Part shown: positions 1-13,322 of the stretch, piece by piece
How the letters are laid out: each line of letters opens with the position of its first letter
How positions within the stretch are numbered: the first letter of the stretch is position 1
Assembly: GCA_038496445.1 (NCBI GenBank)
Contig: JALMLS010000242.1
Span: 35,090-99,089 of the forward strand
Reading direction: 5' to 3'
From: Trichosphaerium sp. ATCC 40318
Taxonomy: Eukaryota; Protista; Tubulinea
Length of the DNA stretch: 64,000 nt
Program-made: the position numbers and the translations under genes
The notes under the pieces: generated by a model
What the model was told of the DNA's origin: nothing
Seen by the model: the letters and a program-made list of their open reading frames with translations, nothing else
Databases searched by the model: none

Positions 1-619
1 ACATGGCACAAAGAATTGTTATTAGTATTATTTATAACGTGTACCTTGTGGTGGTAAAATTTTGGGGAGTAAAAGTGACTTGTGCCTGATTTAGGTTTTT
101 GTTACAAAGTTACGTGAAACCACAAGTCTCATACTAGCGTACAACAACTGACCTGTAACTCCTTAAAACCATTCTATTAGCTAATGTAGATGTAATTGGA
201 GTGTGTCAGTACAAAAGGTAGAGTTTACACTATAAAACAAGCAAAGTTCCTCCCAACCACATTACTTACGCATAAGAAACGTCACCAAATAGTTTTGATT
301 TCCAGAGATAGTTTTTTTGGATGTTTACAGCGTACTGGCAATGGTTTGGAGCCAGTACGACCATACATATGCACTTTTTTCCCAGTGGGGCCAATAAGAC
401 GCACGTACAGAGATAATTTTACCCTCAGGAGCTACAAAACTTCTGCACATAGCGATATAGGCACTTAGAGAGCAGTGGAGTACAAGGAAACTTTGTGTTT
501 GGAAAATACCATGAACGATTTTGACTATCTGCGCATATCTCGAAGTTTGACAATTGCTTGACTTGACTTGCTTAAACACGTGGCAACTTTTTTAATACAT
601 ACACACAACGTAATAAATC

Positions 620-2105
620 ATGAGCTTCACAGGTATTTCAATTGATGAAGCATTCGACTACTATCATACAAACCATTCAGAAGAATTCAACAAGGTTATG
701 TCTGAACAAAGCCAGACATTCATAAAACGACTTGAAACAACGTTAAATATCGTAAACGATAGCATTGTAAAACAACTCGATAATATCCTGTTGAAACAAA
801 CAGATACCTCCTTGAAACGACCTAATCATGTAACTCTTGTGGAAAATGATGTTTCGTCATCAAAACGAAAACAGCTTCAAGAGTAAGTCGTTCTTTTTTC
901 ATTAAATTAAGGCTCTCTTCAGAGCTCGTTCAGAAAAATTTTGGCAATTGCTTATTTCTAAGAAATCACGTTATTGTGTTTCGAGATGCCGTTTTTTTTT
1001 TGTTTCTTGTATCTTTGTGCTAATGACCATAGTATACAACCTACATTGGCGCTCAAAGAACCAAGTATTGTTGATTTTCCACCAGAGGTTATTTCAAATA
1101 TCTTACGTCAAACAGAAGCAAAATCAAGATTCAGTGTTGCTCAATCATGTCACTTGATGGCTGACATCATCCATGACATTGTTGGATATGACATAGTTTA
1201 TCTTAAAAGTGTTTCTGATGTTTTACGGATAAGAGAGTACAAGGGTATCATGAGAAACACTACAATTGCATTCAACACCTTACTTAACTCAAAAACTTTA
1301 TATTCACTATTATCTGGTTGTAAATACCTTAATATATGGAGTAAATATCACAAATGTCATATAACTGATGAAAATCTTGTAGAGCTTGCAGGTGTACATA
1401 CAATCACCCTTAATGGTAGTGCTATAACAGACTATGGTATTGAACAACTCAAAGGAGTCCATACAATTAATCTTGAGAATTGTTATGGTCTGAAAGGTGA
1501 AGGTATCAAAGCACTTGAAGGTGTTCACTCAATTATCCTTAAAAGTACATTGATTACAGATGAAGGGATAAAGGAGTTACACAATGTGCATACAATCAAT
1601 ATCAGTAATACTTCAGTTACTGATGAAGGTATCAAAGCTTTAAAAGGTGTACATACCCTCGAGCTTCAAAGCACTCATGTTACAGATGACGGCATTAAAG
1701 CACTTCAAGGTGTTCATACAATTGATCTTCGTGGGTGAATCTTTTACGGATGAAGGAATCAAAGCGTTAAATGGTGTGCATATAATCAACCTCAGTAAAA
1801 GTTCAGTTACAGATGAAGGTGTCAAAGCACTCAAAAATGTTCATTCAATCAACCTCAGCTGTACTTCAGTTACAGATGAAGGTGTCAAAGCACTCAAAAA
1901 TGTTCATTCAATCAACCTCAGCTATACTTCAGTTACTGATGAAGGTGTCAAAGCACTCAAAAATGTTCATTCAATCAACCTCAGCTATACTTCAGTTACT
2001 GATGAAGGTGTCAAAGCACTCAAAAATGTTCGTGCTATCTCTCTTTTTCGTTGTAAGAATGTGACATTTGAATATGTTCAATCACTAAAGATACCTAAAT
2101 TTTAG
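620..2105 (+). CDS. F-box-like + LRR (21-22 aa GVHTINL-type repeats) protein; 2 exons, 1-nt frameshift at ~1732
   Basis: Exon 620-882 joins in frame via intron 883-1032 (GTAAGT...CTAATGACCATAG) to ORF 974-1738. F-box-like IVDFPPEVISNIL is followed by about 14 GVHTIxLxxxxVTDEGIKAL repeats. These continue in ORF 1647-2105 after an extra G in CGTGGGTGAA. Confidence 0.85.
1786..2030 (+). repeat. ~4 near-identical 63-bp tandem units encoding KNVHSINLSYTSVTDEGVKAL
   Basis: Direct repetition of TCAATCAACCTCAGCTATACTTCAGTTACTGATGAAGGTGTCAAAGCACTCAAAAATGTTCAT with few substitutions. Confidence 0.9.
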
Positions 2106-2915
2106 TTTACTAGCAAAAGAAATCTAGAGCAATGATGACAAGAACTTGTTAACCAAATTGATGAATTGTAACTTGAGAGAGAGAACACATTGCTAATTCA
2201 TCACCAACTCAATAAATAAGCTTTTATTTGTCCAAGCGTTACGGTTCTGGTTTTGTGTGTACTGACTAATTAAATAAAATTGGTTGTGCCTTGTCAATCG
2301 ATAAATATTTCGTAGCTTGGACAATTGCGTGGATGACCGCACTTCACGTGTACTACTAAGAAATACATCTGTGGTGTTATTAACTAAAGAGCAGAGGAGC
2401 AATACTTAGACGACTGAAGCGAATCTTGCTCACTTGGGATTTGAATCAGTGCCAAGTGATTGTCAGTTTTGTGGAAATGCATGTTGTAATGCGACAAAAA
2501 GACATAGTGAAAAAATGGTTCTTAGTTTTTTCGTAGTTTTTGCCTTTCAACATCGTGATTTATTCATATTTACCTGTTACATTACCTGTATTATGAGGGA
2601 TACACAGTCTGAATATACAGTGGAGTCTAGAAAGGAGGAACAAAGGCTATAAAAAAAGTACAAAGTACACAATGCCTTGTTTTACTTCAGTAAACGTCAA
2701 AAATCAGCTAAAGTTCCCTTTTTCATTGGGAACCCGTAACTCTTTGCAAATTTCTCATCACATTGACTACGCCAAGAACGAGATCTGGATGACCTTAAGC
2801 AATGGCAGCCGCCATTCACGCAATCAATTGGGAAAAGTGGTTGAAAATTTCTTTTGTTGACTTAATTCAAAGTTTAAGTCTGGTAGTCGACAGGAAGCTT
2901 TACAATCGACACATT

Positions 2916-3693
2916 ATGACTTTCTTAGGCTTCACCAATACCGAAATGTTCAATATAACTCATTTGGCACTAATTCCATGGCTTACAATGGTTTTTTTGC
3001 CTAGATGGCGTTATACACGTCGTATTGTGTTTAGCTTTGCTCTTTTCTTCTCTGTGTGCTATTTAGTGCTTATTGGAAACGTTTTCATGCAAGGAGGCAT
3101 TGAGAAGTTTACAAGCATGATGCAGGACTTCACATCGCTCAAAGTACGACAAAAACAAGGTAAAACGATAAAACCCACAAGCATTTTAGGGAATCTCAGC
3201 TCTATTCAAAAATGAGGACGTCGTATTCATTGGTACGTATAATAGACACTAAAACTAGTAGTTTTAAACCAAAAAGAATCAAAAAGGTTGACGTTTAGAC
3301 TAAATATGCTTATTTACAAAAAGGTTGGCTTCATTACCTCGCCTTTGATCTTTGGACAGGTGTTTGGATTTTATTCGATTCTCAAGCAAACCAGATCCCT
3401 CATCTACTCACTGTCGTGTGTTTGTTCTTTACTCTCATGTTTGGACCTGTTGGATTCGTACTTTACGTAGTACTAAGGTAACAAAGGAGTAAACTTTTTG
3501 ATTTTTTTTTCTTCGAGAAAAAAACGAGAAAAATTGATGATCGTAAAACGTTTTTTTTTTTTTGGACTTTTTTTGCGCCTTAGGTTTAGTGTGTTTCTCT
3601 GCTTTATGTTTTTGATGAAGCTGTTTATGTTATCTTACTAACTTATATAGATTCTTATTTGGCAGTCAACCTATGAGAACTAAACTTGAATAA
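2916..3693 (+). CDS. DUF4281 / ABA4-like membrane protein, multi-exon
   Basis: Motifs PWLTMVFLPRWRYT and, after splicing, GWLHYLAFDLWTG...PHLLTVVCLFFTLMFGPVG, characteristic of the DUF4281 family. Confidence 0.85.
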
Positions 3694-4414
3694 CTCCTAA
3701 AAAAAAACTTGTAAGTTTTTGAGTTAATTAATAAACACGTGATCGAAATGAGTCTTTTTTTTGAATTTCGTTTATTATTCGCTAGATATTGATAACAACT
3801 TAGTACATGTACAAGTTAACACTATATTTTTGTAAGTCCATCAAACCAAAAAACAAATTTTATTTATGTTCCGTACAACAACCATTGAAAAGAGGTTTTC
3901 AGACTCCTTTGGGAATTACAAAGAAAGTGTCAACTTCTTATTGACAACCAGTTGACTTGAATTGTAACTTATTCAACTCCAACGACCGTCAAAGAAGAAT
4001 GAAAGAAGGATTTTTTTCTGAAATTAGTACTTACACATTTTAAGTTCTCCTATCAATGTCAGGACTGTTTTAAAGAAAATGCTTTATTGTTTATCTCGAT
4101 TACATTGATAAATGTGGTGTTGTGTCTTGTATTGTCTCGTTTATGCCCATACCAATATGAAAAGTAGGTCGGTTGACGATATCTAGCAAATTGTTTGCCT
4201 TTTGTAGCTTTGGAAATTTCGGTAGTTTTGCACTCCGCACCTCACGATAGAGCCTTGATGCCAGCAAAACTAGTGTGTAAAATTGAATTTACCATGTAGC
4301 ACTAGTTGCAACAGCCTACTCTTTGAAAAAACCTTTGACTCATAATGGAAAAGCGACGTCGCTTTTTCAGTTAATGGAAAAACGTAAAAATAAACTCAAC
4401 ACAAACTGTGTACA

Positions 4415-5740
4415 ATGGGAAGCTCTATTGCCAAGCTTTTTGAGCCTGAACCATCTAGAATATACATGACAGGCTTAGATGCTGCTGGAAAGGTAATAAT
4501 AACTAATTCTGCTGCAAATAACTCATTATACGTAGACTACTATCCTATACGCGATGAAAGTATGTTTAGGGAGTATAAAGACAAAAATAACAATTTTATA
4601 GCTTGGTGAGATAGAAACGACAATACCTACTATTGGTTGGAATGTAGAGAGCGTAAAGTACAGGAATACACAGTTTATGGTTTGGGATTGTACGTTAACG
4701 AAATGTTTTGGTTGAAATTGATTTAAAACACCTTTATACGCTTGATATATGTTTATTTATTCTGTTTTAGGCGGAAGAACACCTGTACGTGTATTATTAA
4801 CAGAGTTTGCTTGAAAAATCCAAAAAAAGAACCCCGCTTGGTTTTGTTGATTCGTATTTTTTAGATGCGGTACTTATGGAGAACCGAGTATAGAAAAGGT
4901 ACTTTTGTGGATTTTTGTGGATTATAAGTAGTTTTTGTGTGGATTTTCGTTTTCGTTTTTTTCTTTGTTCAGCACGTGCTGTATACACTCTTTATCAAAT
5001 TGAATTGTGAAAATAGATTTATTACTTGCACCTTGAGTGTTATTTGTGAAACTGAATCCCATGAGTTGCGGGGAGTGAAGAAAACAAACACTTCCATTTT
5101 TTTTTTCGCATTTTTTTTGTTGGTTTGTACATTTAGTAGCTGCAAGTGCGTTTAATCTAAAACAATTGTAGGTGTTTCTGCAGTAATTTACGTCATTGAT
5201 TCAAATGATAGACACCGTATTGATGAAGTCAAGTCGATGATACAACAAGATGCAGAGTATTTTAAAGAAGAATTTAAAGATGCTCCGATGCTCTTTTTCA
5301 TGAATAAGCAAGGTATATACCAACGTCTTATACACCTTAAAAACTCATTAATTCATGTGAATAGATTTACCAAATGCAATGAGTCCAGAAGAGGTAAGGG
5401 CGGTGTTGAGAATCAGAATTTTCATGGTTTTTTTTTCGTGGCCGTTTGCTAAAAGTCTGTCAAGGTTGCTAAGGCTGTTGGTCTAAATGAGGTAAAAGAT
5501 AGAGTATACAGAGTTCAAGGTTGCTGTGCTACAAGCCGTAAAGGCATATACGAGGTACGCTCAGCGATAAAATGATAGGAATTGGCAACCATCAAACATA
5601 TTGTTATTTTCAACGAGCTGTATGACGCTGTTGTGATTATATTATTATATTACTCTGTTTTTTGCGATTTTCTCATGTTATTATAGGGCTTAGAATGGCT
5701 TAGCGATGTACTAAATAAGAAAGAAAATGTTCATAGTTAA
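4415..5740 (+). CDS. ARF/ARL-family small GTPase, multi-exon
   Basis: MG start; spliced GLDAAGK|[36 protein letters not shown]|DLP, GCCATS, GLEWL. Confidence 0.9.
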
Positions 5741-6269
5741 TAGTAAGATGTATTGTTACTTTCAATAAAAAGTATATTAGTTAGTATTTGTTACAACTGG
5801 CTGCTTCTCACATGCCTGCTTCACTAAAGTAACCGTCATGTGAAGTTACCAGCCTTTCAATTTGTAGGCATTGTGTGGGATACCCTCTCACAATAATACT
5901 GAGATAATTCACCACACCGACTTTATTTAAAAATGGGCATTTGCTACTTATTTCCACCAATGAAATGTGGGAATAAGTGCTCATTGATGATATATCATCA
6001 ATGTACTTTGGTTTTTGTTGTTGTTTTTACTAAACAGAATGTTCGAATATAGATTATTTCGAGCGTACTCTGATCTCAACAAATTGACTTTAGCAAAACG
6101 ATTAACTATGGCAAGCAACAAAACAACCAAAACTACACGAGTATTATAGTACAAGGGTGCGTTAGAGCCACTAGATGTTGATTTCTTCCTCCTAATCGCG
6201 TATTTTGAGATGAGGTGTTAGGGAACGAATGATCTTATGTGAGGGATCTACGTACAAAATCGTAGTACT

Positions 6270-8263
6270 TCATGACAACAAGCAGTTATTGCTGCCAAAA
6301 CAAGACACCTGTAAGTGAAATCACTAAAGAAACTACTACAAAATCAAGTTTATTGTGATAATCTTCTTACACAACGTTCTCTATCAACAAACGCTGGTGC
6401 TGGAGGATTGAAATTAAAAGCAGATAAACCAAAGCTTACTGGAGCATCAATAGCCATCACAGTTACAGCATCCGTACTGATATCAACAGAGATATAACGT
6501 CCATCTAGGCATGATCCGATTAAAGTACTTGTTGATACTGATGTTAAACCTAGACAAGAAGCAACCCATGAGTTACAGGCAGATCAAGCTTTTATGACTT
6601 ACCTACGATAGCACAACCCTGTGTATCAATTGTGCGTTGTGATGCACATGATCCAGAAAGAAAATCAGGCAATACTTCCAAAAAAGGAGAAGGAAGGTAT
6701 AGAACACCATCAACAATTTCTCCTGTTGATAAAAAAACAAAGTTAGAAAAAACAAAAACTAAAACAAACAATAGAAAAACACGTGCCACTTATCCCAACA
6801 GATGGTTCATCATTGCAAACAAAACTAAATTTACATGTTTCTAAATCAAATTCGTAAGCAAATGGTCCTGGAACCTCTGCGAATATTCGACCACTCTCTT
6901 TATCTATCATCAGCGCATCAATTCGAAGACTGCTCGTACATCTTTTGTCCTAAGAATGGAAAAAACTAAGAAATCTATGTGGCTTTTAAAAGTATGCTAT
7001 CGTACAATTTCACAAGTGTAAGGATTGATTGAAAATAGCTCTTGGTTCATATTAACATACAATACTCTATCGAATACAGTACTGTACTCCATTGCTGATG
7101 GCTGTGTCATCAATTCTGGGATATCACATGCTAATACTATGTTTTAGTGGATGTTTCATTTCAAATCAAAGAAATTCGTGCTTTGTATAATCTCGTTTGT
7201 GTTTGAAAGTAATCGATAGTCAAAGCCTGGCAATGGATGTTTTGATGTAATTAGAGTATCAATCACACCTCCTTGAGGAGCTATTGTTGGAGGTGGCGTT
7301 GGCATGACTGGTGCAACAGGTGGTGTTGTTGTTTCATCTGGAGGTGGTGGTGTTGCCTCATAGAATATTGTAGTAATGGCGTTAGTTAGAGGTAATGATG
7401 TTGTAAGCACAGTCATTGTTGAGGTAGCAATGTCTAGACTAAAATAGCTACCAACAGGGGTAGACGAGCCAATAATTTGATTATCTGATACTGCGGTAAT
7501 ATCTAGGTAACAGATACTAAGATAAAAACAACTAGTAAATGTTATGTACCAGCAAAAAAAGCTAGTAATGTTAAAGGATATTCCACGAATTGAGTGGCAA
7601 TGCAAGATGAAGGGCCTGTCAAAGGTAATAGCCATTCTCACAAATCCTAGAACATATATTGTATCCCCAATGATCTCAACTATGCAACAATTGAATTAGG
7701 AAAAAAGAAAACGATAATCAACAAAAACTCACTGCCACTAGCAAAACCTCCAAGATTTGTCAAGTCTACCCGACAAAAATGACAAAATGAGCAATCTGTT
7801 GGATCTATCTGTGCAATATCACCGTTCATAGTAATGCCATATAGTACTTGTGTCACCTTATCAAGAGCAATGTGTTGAAAGTCAAAGGGCAAAGCACAAG
7901 AACTCTACAAAAGTAATAAAAAAGACTTCTCTGTTACAATCGGTACCTTTACTCCACACGTGCGTGGATCTACCTCAAGCAAGCTGAGTAGCTCTTTTAT
8001 AAATATTGTACGTGTTGAAGGAGAATAAGACATAGATACTGGCGACTGAGTAAAGGTTGGGATGCCACAGGCTAAACAAAGAGATTAGATTAAGCGAGTT
8101 TCGAGAAATCGTCTGTACTGCGTAGAACATCTGTTGGATCAGCTATTGACCTTATTTCAAACCCCGCAGTCTGACCGTTGATGACATACGCGTTGATCTC
8201 TTGGCAGAGTGTGTATGGCAAAAATAAGGATAGAACGAGGAATAAGAAAGGTGTTGCGTTCAT
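6270..8263 (-). CDS. Secreted multi-exon beta-rich protein with central Pro/Thr linker; 3' end approximate
   Basis: Signal peptide MNATPFLFLVLSLFLPYTLC from ATG at 8263; many short introns; linker ATPPPPDETTTPPVAPVMPTPPP separates two beta-strand/Cys-containing halves. Confidence 0.6.
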
Positions 8264-8539
8264 TGCGTTTGTTTGCGTAAGCCTTCATTTTTGACCATTC
8301 TGTTAACAACAAATCTCTAGATGTCACGTGATTTATTTTAAACCGAGAAACAGCTCGCAAATTAACCAAGATCTCTAGCAATCACGTAAATTGTTTTAAC
8401 GAAGTGCATCTAGTGCCTTTACAAATGAGTGTCGCGTACTAACCACTACGCTATACAAAACGTATTAACACACTCACTCTGGAGTATGGTGGAACCTTAT
8501 ACGACATGAGAAACGTCAAACGAGAATGTCCTGCAGGAA

Positions 8540-8890
8540 TCAATCATGTAATATAAACCTTCAGTTACAAATGATTAAGGCTTTTAGCTGGTGTTCACAC
8601 ACTAAATAGTGGTTGCCTTGTCTCTGATGATGGTGTTAGTGCAATTCTTGGCACTCATACTTAACTATTAATAATACAAGTGCGGATGTAATTATGGGAA
8701 TACTTCGACGCCATAGAATTTGTGACACAATAGCTACGTTTAACTGGAGATTTGAGATGACTCCAGTAGTCTCTAGAAAGACGGACAGGTGAATATAAGA
8801 GCCCGTAACCTGACCTCGAGCTGTATTTAATAACAAGTGTCATTGGCTTAACTTAAGTTGATTTTGATTAAGGTGTTCACGTGATTTACA
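8540..8890 (+). pseudogene. Decayed fragment of the GVHT-LRR family
   Basis: TTAGCTGGTGTTCACACACTAAATAGTGGTTGCCTTGTCTCTGATGATGGTGTT reads LAGVHTLNSGCLVSDDGV, flanked by stops and frameshifts. Confidence 0.6.
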
Positions 8891-8922
8891 AAAACTACAT
8901 AACTTGGTTGGTACAGAGTAAA

Positions 8923-10665
8923 ATGGAATTATTAGAATCGCAAAACGTTCTTCCACCTATTTATTCTCTTCCGCTTGAAATTCTGGTAGAAATAGCTTGT
9001 TTATTAAAACTAGAAGAGCTCATTACACTACGACTTGTATGTAGGGTTTTACTAAAGTCAGCAGGGTTAACAAGTGTAATGAAGGCACGTGCAGTTCAAA
9101 AAAAAATAAAACGCGCTTTGATTTTTTTTTAAGAAGGAACTGACGAGGATTTCTTGTTTTTAGGACTATTTGACGACATTCAAGGTTGAATTTCTGCATG
9201 AAAACCTACAAGACTCTGGAGATTCTTTGACAGGTCTTGCAGTGAGGAAAAACGGCGACGTAAGTCATTCTTTTACAAAAAAAGGAAAAAAAACAAACTT
9301 GTTTTTTTTGTAAGATCTATGCTCGTTGTTACGAGTATAATTATCAGTACAAAAGGTCTATATTTTATGCTTTCGTTATTAATAGGTTTTATCATCGTTA
9401 GGTCTACTGGGTAGATGCTACACATCATAGGATTTTTAAATTTTGTATTAAAACGTGGAAAACACTTCTTGTCACTGGTGAGCGCGATTATAAGCATACA
9501 GGCACGTGATGGTGTTTTTTTTTCAAGAATTCGAAACGTTAAAAATTATATAATTTCAACACGTGACATCTCACGTGAAATGTTCGAGCGATAATTGATG
9601 TTTTTGTTATTTTCTTTAAATTGTGTTAAGATAGTTGACAGGTTTGCAAAACGGTCCTCTGGAGCAAGCGACGTTTCGAAATCCTAATGCATTGATATTT
9701 GATAAAGATGATAACTTACTTGTTGTTGACTACAGACATCATCAAATACGCAAGATAAACTTCAAAACTGGAATGTGCGTTTTGTTTTGATGTTCATTTT
9801 TTTTTTTGCTCTTTATAGACTCGCATGGCATCATGTATTTTACTGAGTGTTATGGTTCCTTAACATATAAATTTATAGGGTCGAATCATTAGTTGGAAGC
9901 GACTCAGGTTACCTAAACGGTAAAAGAGAAACAGCTTTATTGAATGGTCCAGAAAGTTTTTGTTGGGACAGCAATGGCAACTTAATTATTGCCGATAATG
10001 GCAATGGGTGCATACGCCAAGTACGTGATTATATAATCCAAACAATCACATACTCATTATTTAAAACTATCACATGCTTAGCACGTGTTATATATAAGTT
10101 GTATTCGACACTTCTGATATCTGTGTAGCTCTCAAACAATGGAGTTGTTTCAACAATTGCAGGGAATCCAGGGAAGGATAGGACACACCTTGATGGGAAA
10201 GGTCAACACGCTGAGTTCTCATTACCTCACTCTATAACATGCGATTCAAGAAAAGGATCTAATAGACTTTATATACTAGATACAGTCCGTATAGCTAAAA
10301 AGAAGAGTCTTTGTCAAATCAATACTTCAGGAAATGTTAAAACAGTTGTTAACGGAAACTCTCACCCGGACTTTTGTTGGCCTTATGACGTCACTTGTGA
10401 TGATAAAGGGAACTTATATATAGGTGAGAGTACAGGTGTATGGAAGTATTATACAGAAACAGGAGACTTATTCAGACTACGTACAAGTGTGCAGATTTAT
10501 TCGATTTATTCGATAGTTTATTTTCCACCTAAAAAAAAGATTTATCTTTCTGGTACAAAGACAAGGGACGGTGGTGCTTACTTTTTAATGACTATTGATG
10601 TCAGCCATTACAAACGAAATGAAGAACGTCTAGATTTTGGTAAGAAACGTGAAGATGATCGTTGA
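8923..10665 (+). CDS. F-box + NHL-repeat (beta-propeller) protein, multi-exon
   Basis: IYSLPLEILVEIACLL F-box; NHL motifs ATFRNPNALIFDKDDNLLVVD..HHQIRKI, LNGPESFCWDSNGNLIIADNGNGCIRQ, VSTIAG..DGKGQHAEFSLPHSI. Confidence 0.85.
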
Positions 10666-11244
10666 ATAGAGATCACGTGTTTTTTTAACTGGTTAAAAAA
10701 AGCAAGACCAAAAAAGTTTGATGGACTAAGTGTCGACTTTGTAATTGTAGTGTTGATGTTATACACAAAATAAATCAGCCCACATTGTAGAAGAGATCTA
10801 GAATTCATTTTTTTGCGTTAATTTGGTATCCACTTTTCCTGCGCAACAGCTCAGTCTTTACCAATAAATGTAGTGAAATTAAGGTTCTTATCACAGCGTA
10901 GTTACTGGTGTTAATGAACAATAATGGAATAGTCTGTGTTACATCCATGTTATCAATGGTTATCCTTTGATAAGCAAAGAGCAACCTATTAATGTGTACG
11001 ATTTTACTATGCATCTTTTACTTTATTTATTTCAAGCACTTAGTGGTATGAATTGAATGACACTATTAGGAATACTATTGAGGACAAATATCTTGATTAT
11101 TTATTGAAGTCATCTATTTTCGAATCTGAGGTTGAGAAGTCGCTTTTGTACCGGTCAAATAAAGTAAAATCACGTGGACTTACTAATTACGCACTAACAT
11201 TCCTGTATCCCATACAAAACGATTAAAGCCATTATTGTATCAAA

Positions 11245-12069
11245 ATGGAAGAAAATTACACCGAAGGCGTTAATCTGTACTTATTCGACCTGTTGGCGCT
11301 ACCAGTTGAAGTAATAGTTCATATTCTTAAACAAGGAACTTATACGCTCCACTCAGCTCAAACATGCCGTCTGATGAGAGATATTGTAAGAAACCATGTT
11401 GGATATGGTCATATCACTATTACCAACAAAAGCCAATTGAAGATGCTTTCAGGGAGTCCTTTATTGAAGAATACAGCCATCTGTTTGAATGATCTACCAA
11501 TATATGATTGCCACTTGCGTTTACTTTCAGGTGTCCAAAGTATAAACTTGAGTGGTACATCAATAACTGATGAGGGCTTGAAGGCATTGTCAGGTGTACA
11601 CACAATCAACCTTTCTAAATGTAAAATAACAGATGAAGGTGTCAAGATGTTAATAGGTGTACATACCATTAACTTGCATGCTTGTAAATTGATAACAGGT
11701 GATGGTATTAAAGCATTGGCTGGTGTACATACAATTAATTTGGGATCTACATATGTAACAGATGAAGGTCTGAAGTCATTGTCAGGCGTTCATACAATTA
11801 ATTTGAGTGCTTGTAGATTGATAACAGATGAAGGTGTCAAGGCGTTGGCAGGTGTTCACACTATCAACTTGTTTGCTTGTAATTCAATAACAGGTGAAGG
11901 CATCAAGGCATTGGCAGGTGTGTATGAAATTCGTTTGTCAGGTAAAGCTGGGACAGACGAAGGTTTAAAGTCTTTGGCAGGAGTGCACACTATCTTTATT
12001 TATAACCATTCAGTTACAAAAGAACATGTTAAGGCATTAACAGGTGCAACCAAAATACATTGTTTTTGA
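11245..12069 (+). CDS. Intronless F-box-like + GVHT-LRR protein
   Basis: LLALPVEVIVHIL followed by about 8 GVHTINLSxCxxITDEGxKAL repeats; paralogue of 620-2105. Confidence 0.9.
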   Translation: MEENYTEGVNLYLFDLLALPVEVIVHILKQGTYTLHSAQTCRLMRDIVRNHVGYGHITITNKSQLKMLSGSPLLKNTAICLNDLPIYDCHLRLLSGVQSINLSGTSITDEGLKALSGVHTINLSKCKITDEGVKMLIGVHTINLHACKLITGDGIKALAGVHTINLGSTYVTDEGLKSLSGVHTINLSACRLITDEGVKALAGVHTINLFACNSITGEGIKALAGVYEIRLSGKAGTDEGLKSLAGVHTIFIYNHSVTKEHVKALTGATKIHCF

Positions 12070-13322
12070 ATTGTAGCTCCCCACCTTTCACTTCAATAAA
12101 CTCTTAATTACTTCACGCTGTCTAACAATAGTTTTTTGGTACTTGGTAACTAACCATTTCCTTTTGCCCTTTTTAAGCAAGAAGTTTTATAATGTTGATC
12201 TCTGACGCCAAAGCATCATTCAGGTGACCCTAAATGACTTACATCAGGTGATATATAAAAACAGACAAAGGCTTTAAAAAGGAATGACATCGCATTGTAA
12301 AGCACTAAAAATGTTGCCTGCTGTTGTTCTTTGTTTTGACAAAAAGTTTGTTTGGTTTCTTTTTTAGTAATATGTACATAACTGATACAAGCGACTATGT
12401 CTTCCCGTATTGCTGGTTATATGTTGAAGTTCTAGTATGGTTGCGTTTGTGGTTGCTTTGTAGTATTCAGAGCTTGAGGAAACTTGTGTTATTCTTTACT
12501 TTTGTTTGCACAAGGAACCAGTTAGCGTCTTCAAAGTTATGTTGGCCCTTTACCTACATCTTCTACAATTGAGTTAGCCCTAGTTATCACAAAACGGCTG
12601 TTTTTACAACGACGTTCAAGGACGCTATAAAGCGTAAAAACGTGATTTGAGAAAAATACATTGGAAAATAATCATTGATGCTGTCTCTTTGTGAACAGTT
12701 CTCATACAACAATGACTAAATATGGCATGCTTTATTAGCAAACCAACAACGCCTTTTAAAAAACACTTTGAAAAAGTCTGTACACTTCAAGCCTAAAAAC
12801 AACGCACATCATCAACAGTTTTTTTGACTATAAATAATTTCTTAAGAGCATACACATAGTGGGTAGGGTAATGGAAATGACTGGACGATCTTTGTGACAG
12901 CGGACCGTATGGACCGTTTACGAACTGTTTTTTCGTTTCAGTCTGAGACCGTTATATTCTGATAACAGCTCTAAACCAGATGTCCAGTCAATAGCCATTT
13001 TTTAAGTATGAACCAGTTCAGACCGTATTGTTCCAGTATTTCTTTGAATCGAACTTCTACTTTCGCTAAAAATTCAAAGGAAAAGTCAACCTTAATAAAC
13101 ACTCTCGTTTCACCTTGTTCGTTGAACTATTTACAGTGTAACTAACTCTCGTACAACATTCTTCTTGGATTATTCTACAAAAAAAGAGACGATTATTGGC
13201 TATTGTACCGGTATTGTTATTTAATAGCACTTTCTTTGCGTTTGCATGGTTTAAGCTTAACTTTTCAGTTTTAGTTCGAAAATATCTCGAACTCGGTTTA
13301 ATCTACCGTTCTGCGTTTAAAT

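Noticed and set aside
196-579. Short ORFs at the window start
   Set aside because: Non-ATG starts and no recognisable motif; cannot support a gene call.
12100-13300. Possible element with short GACCGT repeats
   Set aside because: No terminal repeats, TSD or coding signal that I could verify.
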